Shown here in pieces: positions 34,725-41,475 of a stretch of 41,475 nt of DNA. Within the stretch, counting starts at the first letter, position 1, and the number at the start of each line of letters is the position of its first letter. A model generated the notes under the pieces. The model was not told the DNA's origin and did not search any database. It worked only from the letters and a program-made list of their open reading frames with translations. The stretch is taken from NCBI GenBank assembly GCA_003154855.1, contig PMEV01000105.1, positions 10,873 to 52,347 on the forward strand. The letters are read 5' to 3'. The position numbers were made by a program, and so were the translations under genes. This DNA is from Bryobacterales bacterium. Its GTDB lineage: Bacteria > Acidobacteriota > Terriglobia > Bryobacterales > Bryobacteraceae.

Positions 34725-35636
34725 TCAGTCGTACAGCGCCGGCGCCCCCGGCGGACGAGCCTTCCAGCGGCGGTGCAGCCACAACCATTGGTCCGGATAC
34801 TCCCGCACTGCTCGCTCCACCGCCGACTGAACCAGTTGGGTATCCTCCGTCACGTCGCCGGTCAGTTCCAGCGGCGGGTAGAACTTCAGCCGGTACCGCC
34901 GTTCGGCTTCGATCCACACGGCAAACCCCGGGATTACAGTGGCGCCCGTGTGCTTGGCCACCTTGGCAAACGCGGTTCCGCAGCGGGCCGGCACTCCGAA
35001 GAAATTAACAAAGAGGCCCTGGTCGAAGTGGGAGTTCTGATCCACAAAGATCCCCACCACGCCATTGCTTTTGAGGACCTCCAGCATGGACCGTATGAAA
35101 TCCTTCTTCCCGATCATCCGGTTGCCGGCGATCTCCCGCCGATCCTGCACCAGGCGGTCGATCAGCGGATTGTCCAGCGGCCGCACCACCACGCTCATGG
35201 TTTCGCCGCACAGCAGCGCGTGGCCGACCCCGCTGAGCTCCCAGTTCCCCAGATGCCCGCTCGCGATCAGGACGCCCCGCCCGCGCCGCTTGGCCTCCTG
35301 GAAGTGCTCAAAGCCGTCGTACTCGATCCACTCCCTGACGTTCCGCTGGTTGACCGATGGCAGCCGGGAAGCCCCCACCAGCAGCCGCGCCACCGAACGG
35401 AAGACCCCGTCGGCAATGCGCTGGCGCTCCTCCGCGCCCAATTCCGGCAGCGCCAGTTCGAGGTTCCGCAGCGCCGTCCGCCGCAGACGCGGTGACAGCC
35501 GGTCAAGCAAGCCCGCGTACCCCCGGCCCAACCGCTCCGACATCCACCGCGGCGTGAACCGCAGCGTCGCCACCATCCCCACCACCCCCAGATACTCTAC
35601 CCAATTCCGAAAGGCGGTCCGCCGATGCTTGGCCAT
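34725..35636 (-). CDS. Lysophospholipid/lipid A (LpxL/HtrB-type) acyltransferase family protein
   Basis: Start set at ATG 35636 (MAKHRRTAFRNWVEYLGVVGMV.., TM anchor). Catalytic-type HLGNWE motif (LIASGHLGNWELSG) and C-terminal EYPDQWLWLHRRWK. The ORF track extends to 35714. Confidence 0.7.
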   Translation of the reverse strand: MAKHRRTAFRNWVEYLGVVGMVATLRFTPRWMSERLGRGYAGLLDRLSPRLRRTALRNLELALPELGAEERQRIADGVFRSVARLLVGASRLPSVNQRNVREWIEYDGFEHFQEAKRRGRGVLIASGHLGNWELSGVGHALLCGETMSVVVRPLDNPLIDRLVQDRREIAGNRMIGKKDFIRSMLEVLKSNGVVGIFVDQNSHFDQGLFVNFFGVPARCGTAFAKVAKHTGATVIPGFAVWIEAERRYRLKFYPPLELTGDVTEDTQLVQSAVERAVREYPDQWLWLHRRWKARPPGAPALYD

Positions 35637-35834
35637 TGCTCCCATTTTATCCCGCTGAGCCTGCAAGGCATTCTGGATTCCCCTCCCTTCCCACATCTTT
35701 TCTCCCGCCCCCACAACGCCTTAGCCTCAGCGTCCCCCCTCCTGCCGCTCGGCCCGTGTTTAGCTGGAGTTAGCAAGGTGCGCCCCATGGCTCCCATAGC
35801 GCGACACGAACGCCCAGCCAAAACCCAAAAAGAA

Positions 35835-35968
35835 CAAACGAACCCAATTCCCACCGCTGCGTCCGCAGGCCGCCCCGCTCCAGGCTCCGGACCAAACGAA
35901 CCTAATTCCATCCCCCGCACCCCCGCCCAACTCGCCGCGCGAAAAACTGCCGAACAGAGCCAATTCCC
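35835..35968. repeat. Three copies of a ~17-nt motif at an exact 58-nt period (CAAACGAACCCAATTCC / CAAACGAACCTAATTCC / GAACAGAGCCAATTCC)
   Basis: The [C/T/G]CxAATTCC cores sit at 35843-35851, 35901-35909 and 35959-35967. The sequence between copies is not conserved. Minus-strand reading is GGAATTGGGTTCGTTTG-like. Confidence 0.6.
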
Positions 35969-36017
35969 GAGCAACCGGTTGAAGGTAAACACTATCCCAT
36001 CCAGCATCCCCTCTCCG

Positions 36018-36041
36018 CCCACCACCCCGCCCCCTCATCCC
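36018..36041 (-). other. G-quadruplex-capable run on the minus strand (i-motif-capable on the plus strand)
   Basis: Plus strand CCC-ACCA-CCCC-G-CCCCC-TCAT-CCC equals minus strand GGGATGAGGGGGCGGGGTGGTGGG, which fits G3+N1-7 x4. A second such run lies at 36102-36130. Confidence 0.4.
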
Positions 36042-36072
36042 TTAACCGGATTGACCTTTAACTGGGTTAAAC
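36042..36072 (+). promoter_or_regulatory. TTAAC-repeat cluster (TTAACCGG-N8-TTAACTGG-GTTAAAC) with embedded TTGACC; candidate operator/-35 region upstream of marR-hdr
   Basis: Direct repeats at 36042-36049 and 36058-36065. Inverted arms TTAACC (36042-36047) and GGTTAA (36065-36070). TTGACC at 36051-36056. Located 110-140 nt upstream of the MarR start. Confidence 0.25.
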
Positions 36073-36180
36073 AACGCAACCCGCCGCCATTTCGCCCACT
36101 TCCCGACCCCTCCCATTCCAGCCCCTACCCTGTTATCAACTATTTACACCCGTTTCCCCCGTGGCAGCCGAAATGCTCTA

Positions 36181-36816
36181 GTGAACGCTCTGCCCGGAGC
36201 TGTACCCCGAATGACACTCACCGCCAGCGATGCCGGCCTGATCGAGGGCTTCCTCGGCAGCACCCACATCTTCGCCCTGGCGCTCACCCACGTCATGGAG
36301 GAGACCCTCCTCCTCGATGTCGCCGCGGGCCAACTCACCCCCGCCCAGATGAAGGTCCTCAAGCTCACGGCCCAGGCGCAAGCCCCCACCGTGGGCGACG
36401 TGGCCACCTTCCTGGGCGTCAGCGACGCCGCCGCCAGCAAAGCCGTCGACCGCCTGGTTCGCCGCAACTTCCTCCAGCGCGTCGAGGCCCAGGCCGACCG
36501 CCGCTCCAGCCATCTCGCCGTCACCCCCGCCGGCCGGTGCATCTTGGCCGCCTTCGAAACGGTCCGCCGCCGCCGCCTCGCCGAGGTCTTCGACCAATTC
36601 CCACCGGAGGAGCTCCACCGCACCGCCCAGTTGCTCGATCAGCTCGCGGCCAGCATCGTCTCCACCAGCGGCAAGCCCGGCGAGATCTGCCTCCAGTGCG
36701 GCGTCTACTTCAAGGAGCGCTGCTTGCTCCACGGAGCCGCCAGCCAGAATTGCCAGTATCGCCCACGGAAAATCCGGCAGGCCGCGCGCCTGTCGCAGGA
36801 AGGACAACCCGAATGA
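36181..36816 (+). CDS. MarR-family regulator with C-terminal Cys-x2-Cys-x7-Cys-x9-Cys extension
   Basis: wHTH core LTPAQMKVLKLTAQAQAPTVGDVATFLGVSDAAASKAVDRLVRRNFLQRVEAQADRRSSHLAVTPAGR. C-terminal GEICLQCGVYFKERCLLHGAASQNCQY (nt 36688-36753). GTG start at 36181, with ATG 36211 as the alternative. The stop overlaps the hdrC ATG (ATGA). Confidence 0.8.
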   Translation: MNALPGAVPRMTLTASDAGLIEGFLGSTHIFALALTHVMEETLLLDVAAGQLTPAQMKVLKLTAQAQAPTVGDVATFLGVSDAAASKAVDRLVRRNFLQRVEAQADRRSSHLAVTPAGRCILAAFETVRRRRLAEVFDQFPPEELHRTAQLLDQLAASIVSTSGKPGEICLQCGVYFKERCLLHGAASQNCQYRPRKIRQAARLSQEGQPE

Positions 36817-37400
36817 ATATGAAGTTCCCACGGACCATGAAGTTTCAGCGCGAAGCCGAGCCCCTATGGTCCGAGCAGGTTCTCAAGTTCCCGGGGTGCG
36901 AGAGGGTGTCGTCGTGCATTCAGTGCGGCACTTGCTCGGGCACTTGCCCCCTCTCTATCTACATGGATTACACGCCGCGGAAAGTGATCGGTCTCATCCG
37001 CGAGGGATTCCGGGAGGACGCCCTGAGCTGCCGCACCATCTGGCTCTGCGCCTCCTGCTACTCCTGCGCCGTCCTCTGCCCCCAGAAGATCCACATCACC
37101 GACGTGATGTACCACCTCAAGCAAGAAGCCATCAAGGACAACCTCTTTCCCCGCCGCTTCCCCATCCCCGTGCTGGCCAAGGAGTTCTTCAAGATCGTGC
37201 TGAGCCGCGGCCGTAGCGCGGAGGTCCCCCTGGTCCTGCGCATGGCGCTCAAGTCCAATCCCTTCATCCTCTTCACCATGATGCGCTCGGGTTGGAATCT
37301 GTTCCGCGCCGGCCGTATCTCGCTCAAGGGCGACCGCATCAAGGGAGTCGCCGAACTGAGGGCCGCACTTTCCGCCGTCAAGGAGGCCAACGGTGCCTGA
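36813..37400 (+). CDS. hdrC: Heterodisulfide reductase subunit C-like (2x[4Fe-4S] ferredoxin-type)
   Basis: 195 aa, the C-terminal part of track ORF 35625..37400. CIQCGTCSGTCP and CASCYSCAVLCP motifs. AGGAAGGA lies about 7 nt upstream of ATG 36813. Confidence 0.85.
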   Translation: MNMKFPRTMKFQREAEPLWSEQVLKFPGCERVSSCIQCGTCSGTCPLSIYMDYTPRKVIGLIREGFREDALSCRTIWLCASCYSCAVLCPQKIHITDVMYHLKQEAIKDNLFPRRFPIPVLAKEFFKIVLSRGRSAEVPLVLRMALKSNPFILFTMMRSGWNLFRAGRISLKGDRIKGVAELRAALSAVKEANGA

Positions 37401-38301
37401 GAAACCCGGTTACCTGTACTTCCCCGGATGCTCCCTGCGGGCCACTGGCGTGGCCTACGAGGAGAGCCTGCTCGAGCTGTTCCGCATGCTCGACATTCCA
37501 CTGCATGAGCTGAACGATTGGAACTGCTGCGGAGCCACCTCCTACATGTCCGTCGACGAAGGCTCAGCCTTCGTGCTCTCGGCGCGCAACCTTTCCATCG
37601 CCGGCGGCATGGAAGCCCCTGACCTGATGGCCCCCTGCAGCGCCTGCTACCTGGCGCTCCGCAAGACCCAGGACTACGTGAGTCACTACCCCGAGACCGC
37701 GCGCATCGTCGAGGAGGGCCTCAAGGCAGCCGGTTTGAAACCCTTGAACGGCGTGCGTGTCCGCCATCCCCTCGAGATCCTCTATAACGACATCGGCCTC
37801 GCCAAAATCAAGGCCTTGACCGTGCGCAAGTGGCAGGGCGGCAAGATCGCCTGCTACTACGGCTGCCAAGCCGTCCGGCCCTACGACGAAGTCGACCGGC
37901 CCCACGATCCCATGCGCATGGACCAGCTCATGAACGCGGTCGGCGTCGAGACCGTCGACTACTCCCTCAAGACCAAGTGCTGCGGAGGCACCCTCACCGG
38001 CACCATCCACGATGTCGGCGTGCGGCTCAACTACATCCTTCTTAAGGAAGCGGTCCGCAAGGGCGCCCAGGCCATCGTCACCATTTGCCCCCTCTGCCAG
38101 TTCAACCTGGACGCCTACCAGGCCGAGGTCGCCAAAGAAAGTGGCGAAGTCTTCGACGTCCCCATCCTCTATTTCACCCAGGTGCTCGGCTGGGCGCTGG
38201 GCGGCAATCTCAAGTCGCTGGGCCTGAAGCGCTCCATCGGTGGCCGCGGTCTGGTTCGCAAGTGGTTCACGGAAAACCGAGAGGTGCTCGCCAATGCCTG
38301 A
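37393..38301 (+). CDS. hdrB: Heterodisulfide reductase subunit B-like (two CCG domains)
   Basis: GTG start with AGGAGG 6 nt upstream; overlaps the hdrC stop by 8 nt. FPGCSL...NCCGATSYMS and YYGCQAVRP...KCCGGTL are two Cys-rich CCG domains. Confidence 0.85.
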   Translation: MPEKPGYLYFPGCSLRATGVAYEESLLELFRMLDIPLHELNDWNCCGATSYMSVDEGSAFVLSARNLSIAGGMEAPDLMAPCSACYLALRKTQDYVSHYPETARIVEEGLKAAGLKPLNGVRVRHPLEILYNDIGLAKIKALTVRKWQGGKIACYYGCQAVRPYDEVDRPHDPMRMDQLMNAVGVETVDYSLKTKCCGGTLTGTIHDVGVRLNYILLKEAVRKGAQAIVTICPLCQFNLDAYQAEVAKESGEVFDVPILYFTQVLGWALGGNLKSLGLKRSIGGRGLVRKWFTENREVLANA

Positions 38302-40288
38302 TTCCAACGGAGCGGTTCGAGTCGGCGTTTACGTCTGCCACTGCGGCTCTAACATCGCCGGGATTGTGGACTGCAAAGCCGTGGCCGAGTACGCCGCCGG
38401 CCTGGCTCACGTCGTCGTTTCCCGCGACTACAAGTACATGTGCTCCGAGCCCGGCCAGGAGCTGATCCGCACCGATATCCAGGAGCACCAGCTTAATCGG
38501 ATCGTGGTGGCCTCCTGCTCGCCGCACCTGCATGAGCACACCTTCCGCGTGGCCACGGCCAATGGCGGCCTGAACCCCTACTTCATGGCCATGGTCAACA
38601 TCCGGGAGCAGGATTCCTGGGTGCATACCGACAAAGCCGCCGCCACCCACAAGGCCAAAGACCTGGTCTCGGCCTCCGTCCGCCGCGTGGTGCTGCAACG
38701 GCCGCTCGATAAAGCGCGCGTCTCCATCGACCCGAACGTACTGGTGGTGGGCGGCGGCATCGCCGGCATCCACGCCGCGCTCACCCTGGCCAACGCCGGC
38801 AAGCACGTCTACCTGGTCGAGCGCGAAGCCACCATCGGCGGCCACATGGCCATGTTCGACAAGACCTTCCCCACGCTCGACTGCGCGGCCTGCATCCTCA
38901 CGCCCAAGATGTCCAGCGTGAAGGCCCATCCCAACATCACCCTGTGGACTTATTCCGACGTCGAGAACGTGGCCGGATACGTCGGCAACTACAAGGTGCG
39001 CGTGCGCCGCCGCACCCGCTACATCCACGAGGATCTGTGCGTCGGCTGCCAGGAATGCGTCGAAGCCTGCGTCTTTAAGGTGCCCAAGGTCAACGACGAG
39101 TTCAACCAGGGACTTGGCAAGCGCCGCCCCATTTACCTTCCCTTCCCGCAGGCCATTCCGCAGACCCCGGTCATCGACCGCGAGACCTGCATCGAGTTCA
39201 AGACCGGCAAGTGCAAGAAGACCTGCGTCGAGGCCTGCGCCGACCGCCACGCCATCGATTTCAAGCTCGAAGACAAGCTCGAGGAAATCCAGGTCGGCAC
39301 CATCATCCTGGCCACCGGCTTCCAGACCTTCGACGCCAAGCGCATTCCTTACTATGGCTACGGCCACTACCCCAACGTCTACACCGCGCTCGAAATCGAG
39401 CGGCTGGTCAACGCCAGCGGCCCCACCTCCGGCGAAGTGGTTCTGCGCGACGGCAAGACCGTACCTAAGAGCATCGGCATCATCCACTGCGTGGGTTCTC
39501 GCGACGAGAACACCAACCGCTGGTGCTCGCGCGTCTGCTGCATGTATTCCCTCAAGCTGGCCCACCTCCTCAAGGAGCACACCGGCGCCGAGATCTTCAA
39601 CTTCTACATCGACGTGCGGACGCCCGGCAAGGGCTTCGAGGAGTTCTACCAGCGCCTGCTCGTCGAGGGCGTGCATTTCATCCGCGGCAAGGTGGCCGAA
39701 GTCACCGACTGGGTCTTCGATCCCAGCGAGGAAGGCATGCTGACCCTGCGCGTCGAGGATACCCTGCTGGGTGTGGTCCGGCGCATCCCGGTGGATATGG
39801 TGGTTCTCTCGACCGGCCTCGAGGGCCGCCACGACGCCCAGGAAGTCCGCCGCCTCTTCAACATCACCTGCGCCAGCGAGGGCTTTTTTCAGGAGCGGCA
39901 TCCCAAGCTGGCACCCGTCAGCACCTTTACCGACGGCATCTTCCTGGCCGGCTGCTGCCAGGGCCCCAAGGACATTCCCGACACCGTCGCCCAGGCCGGC
40001 GCGGCCGCCGCCGAGGCGCTGGCTCTCATCTGCGCCGGTTACGTCGAGCAGGAACCCAACGCCGCCTACGTGATCGCGGAGGACTGCTCGGGTTGCAAGA
40101 CCTGCATTCCGCTATGCCCCTACTCGGCCATTACCTTTACGGTGGATAAAAGAGCGGAGGTCAACCCGGTGCTCTGCAAAGGTTGCGGCACCTGCGTGGC
40201 GGCCTGCCCATCCGGCTCGCTCCAGCAGCGGATGTTCGAGGACGACGAGCTGTTTGCGGAAATTGAAGGAGTGCTTGTTCATGCCTGA
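38294..40288 (+). CDS. hdrA: Heterodisulfide reductase subunit A-like (FAD plus multiple Fe-S)
   Basis: Start at the internal ATG 38294 (MPDSNGAVRVGVYVCHCGSNIAG). FAD fold VLVVGGGIAGIHAALTLANAGKHVYLVEREATIGGHM. Fe-S motifs CVGCQECVEAC, CSGCKTCIPLCP and CKGCGTCVAACP. Overlaps the hdrB stop by 8 nt. Confidence 0.9.
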   Translation: MPDSNGAVRVGVYVCHCGSNIAGIVDCKAVAEYAAGLAHVVVSRDYKYMCSEPGQELIRTDIQEHQLNRIVVASCSPHLHEHTFRVATANGGLNPYFMAMVNIREQDSWVHTDKAAATHKAKDLVSASVRRVVLQRPLDKARVSIDPNVLVVGGGIAGIHAALTLANAGKHVYLVEREATIGGHMAMFDKTFPTLDCAACILTPKMSSVKAHPNITLWTYSDVENVAGYVGNYKVRVRRRTRYIHEDLCVGCQECVEACVFKVPKVNDEFNQGLGKRRPIYLPFPQAIPQTPVIDRETCIEFKTGKCKKTCVEACADRHAIDFKLEDKLEEIQVGTIILATGFQTFDAKRIPYYGYGHYPNVYTALEIERLVNASGPTSGEVVLRDGKTVPKSIGIIHCVGSRDENTNRWCSRVCCMYSLKLAHLLKEHTGAEIFNFYIDVRTPGKGFEEFYQRLLVEGVHFIRGKVAEVTDWVFDPSEEGMLTLRVEDTLLGVVRRIPVDMVVLSTGLEGRHDAQEVRRLFNITCASEGFFQERHPKLAPVSTFTDGIFLAGCCQGPKDIPDTVAQAGAAAAEALALICAGYVEQEPNAAYVIAEDCSGCKTCIPLCPYSAITFTVDKRAEVNPVLCKGCGTCVAACPSGSLQQRMFEDDELFAEIEGVLVHA

Positions 40289-40718
40289 ACCCTTTGAACC
40301 GAGGATCGTCGCATTCTTCTGTAACTGGTGTACCTATCTGGCAGCCGACCTGGCCGGCACCTCGCGCATGAAGTACCCGCCCAACGCGCGCGTTATCCGC
40401 GTGATGTGCTCGGGCCGCCTGGATCCTCAATTCATCCTCAAAGCTTTTGCCGACGGCGCCGACGGCGTCCTCATCGGCGGCTGCCATCCCGGCGATTGCC
40501 ACTACCAGGAGGGCAACTACAAATGCCTCCGCCGCTTCAACTTGCTCAAGCGGGTGGTCAAGGAGATGGGCATCGAAGACGACCGTCTCCGCCTCGAGTG
40601 GATCTCCGCCTCCGAGGGCGACCGCCTGCGAACCGTCATGATCGACATGGTGGAGAAGGTGCGCGCGCTCGGGCCCCTGAATTGGAACGCGTCCCTTGAG
40701 GAGGTAGCCGTATCATGA
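40281..40718 (+). CDS. mvhD: MvhD/FlpD-type (methyl-viologen-reducing hydrogenase delta subunit) protein
   Basis: Start at the internal ATG 40281 (MPEPFEPRIVAFFCNWCTY). Family hallmarks RVMCSGRLDPQFILKAFADGADGVLIGGCHPGDCHY. Overlaps the hdrA stop by 8 nt. Confidence 0.85.
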   Translation: MPEPFEPRIVAFFCNWCTYLAADLAGTSRMKYPPNARVIRVMCSGRLDPQFILKAFADGADGVLIGGCHPGDCHYQEGNYKCLRRFNLLKRVVKEMGIEDDRLRLEWISASEGDRLRTVMIDMVEKVRALGPLNWNASLEEVAVS

Positions 40719-41475
40719 AGCCCAAAGTCGCATTCTACTGGTGCGCCGCCTGCGGCGGTTGCGAGGAAATGGTCGTCGATCTCGCCGAAGGCATTCTGGA
40801 CGTCGTGGCGGCCGTGGACATCGTGCTCTGGCCGGTGGCCATGGATTTCAAGAAGGCCGATATCGAGGCTATGGAAGACGGCTCGATCGCCGTCGCCTTC
40901 ATCAACGGCGCCGTGCGCACCACCGAGCAGGAGGAATGGGCCCACCTGCTGCGCCGCAAGTCGCAAGCCGTCATCGCCGTGGGAGCCTGCGCCCAGATGG
41001 GCGGCATTCCCGGCCTGGCGAACTTCTCGAACCGCGCCGGCGTTTTCCAGACGGTCTACCGCGATGCGCCCAGCACCCTGAACGCCGAGGGCGTCCTTCC
41101 CGAGACCACCCACCAGGACAACGGCTTCACCCTTACGCTGCCCCGCTTCTTCGATACCGTGAAAGCCCTCGATCAGGTGATCGACGTCGACTACACCATC
41201 CCCGGTTGCCCGCCCACCCCGCAGTTGCTTTCCGACGCCGTCTCGGCGCTTCTCGCGGGCAAGCTCCCCGCAAAGGGAACCGTGCTCGCGCCCGACCAGG
41301 CCCTGTGCATGGATTGCCCGCGTAAGGACACCAAGCCCGAGCGCCTGGCCATCTCCGAGTTCAAGCGTCCTCACCAGGTGCTCATCGATCAGGAGAAGTG
41401 CATTCTGGCCCAAGGCCTGCTCTGCCTCGGCCCCGCCACGCGCTCGGGCTGCGGATCGCGCTGCATCGAGGGCAA
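40715..41475 (+). CDS. mvhG: Partial CDS (3' end off the window): [NiFe]-hydrogenase small-subunit-like protein (MvhG / NuoB-fold)
   Basis: Not in the ORF track because there is no stop in the window. The ATG at 40715 overlaps the mvhD stop (ATGA), with GAGGAGG about 10 nt upstream. My translation: MKPKVAFYWCAACGGCEEMVVDL...AVGACAQMGGIPGLANF...DYTIPGCPPTP...CLGPATRSGCGSRCIEGN. These are proximal and distal Fe-S Cys motifs of hydrogenase small subunits. Confidence 0.75.
   Translation, partial: MKPKVAFYWCAACGGCEEMVVDLAEGILDVVAAVDIVLWPVAMDFKKADIEAMEDGSIAVAFINGAVRTTEQEEWAHLLRRKSQAVIAVGACAQMGGIPGLANFSNRAGVFQTVYRDAPSTLNAEGVLPETTHQDNGFTLTLPRFFDTVKALDQVIDVDYTIPGCPPTPQLLSDAVSALLAGKLPAKGTVLAPDQALCMDCPRKDTKPERLAISEFKRPHQVLIDQEKCILAQGLLCLGPATRSGCGSRCIEG

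Noticed and set aside
35625-36812. 5' two-thirds of the 591-aa track ORF 35625..37400 (Pro-rich polypeptide).
   Set aside because: This is an artefact of the C-rich non-coding strand. It overlaps the well-formed MarR gene in another frame. Only the last 195 codons (from ATG 36813, with SD) are the real HdrC-like gene.
33942-39901. ORFs 33942..35495 (plus, 517 aa), 38267..39901 (minus, 544 aa), 25282..26244 (plus, 320 aa), 18047..19492 (plus, 481 aa) and 3577..5049 (plus, 490 aa).
   Set aside because: All are antisense shadows of well-supported genes (flavin oxidoreductase/acyltransferase, hdrA, ABC ATPase, MCO-A, Ig-repeat protein). None has motifs or a credible SD.
38294-40288. Identical ATGCCTGA overlap sequences at the hdrB/hdrA (38294-38301) and hdrA/mvhD (40281-40288) junctions.
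   Set aside because: Explained by both downstream proteins starting Met-Pro and both upstream genes ending in TGA in the +2 frame. The flanking sequences are unrelated, so this is not a repeat element.

Overview
GC-rich bacterial chromosomal window. It is probably Acidobacteriota (Solibacter/Bryobacter-like), an inference from a PEP-CTERM protein and a protein with a TIGR03437-type 'Solibacter C-terminal domain'. I call 28 CDS and 1 pseudogene. Two of the CDS run off the window edges and are absent from the ORF track. I found no rRNA, tRNA, CRISPR array, transposase or integrase. About 20 consecutive genes (3931-35636) lie on the minus strand. Content from left to right: a CusB-like adaptor fragment; a Crp/Fnr regulator divergent from an orphan TPR-secretin; a tandem 247-bp intergenic repeat; an Ig-repeat/TIGR03437 surface protein; and a PEP-CTERM protein. 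Next comes an operon of two multicopper-oxidase (MCO) paralogues, a 2843-aa giant secreted protein and two small secreted proteins. Then follow RegB/RegA; a HlyD-ABC-ABC2-MarR-TolC efflux operon; an alpha/beta-hydrolase remnant; a TonB-receptor/YfiR-like/hybrid-kinase operon; a nitronate-monooxygenase-family gene; and an LpxL-type acyltransferase. A 0.5-kb C-rich control region precedes a marR-hdrC-hdrB-hdrA-mvhD-mvhG(partial) operon. The most interesting observation is that the two tandem MCO paralogues each keep only one complementary half of the canonical copper-ligand set. The giant protein starts with a third, ligand-free copy of the same fold. This suggests an obligate heteromeric, scaffold-tethered extracellular oxidase. 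Secondary leads are listed here. (1) TTGC-N6-GCAA Crp/Fnr-type boxes sit at class-II spacing upstream of the secretin and possibly the MCO operon. (2) A YfiR-like protein is paired with a hybrid histidine kinase and a TonB receptor. (3) A MarR with a C-terminal 4-Cys tail is translationally coupled to hdrC. (4) A structured leader with a C10 tract lies upstream of the TonB receptor. All functional calls come from reading motifs by eye; no database search was run.
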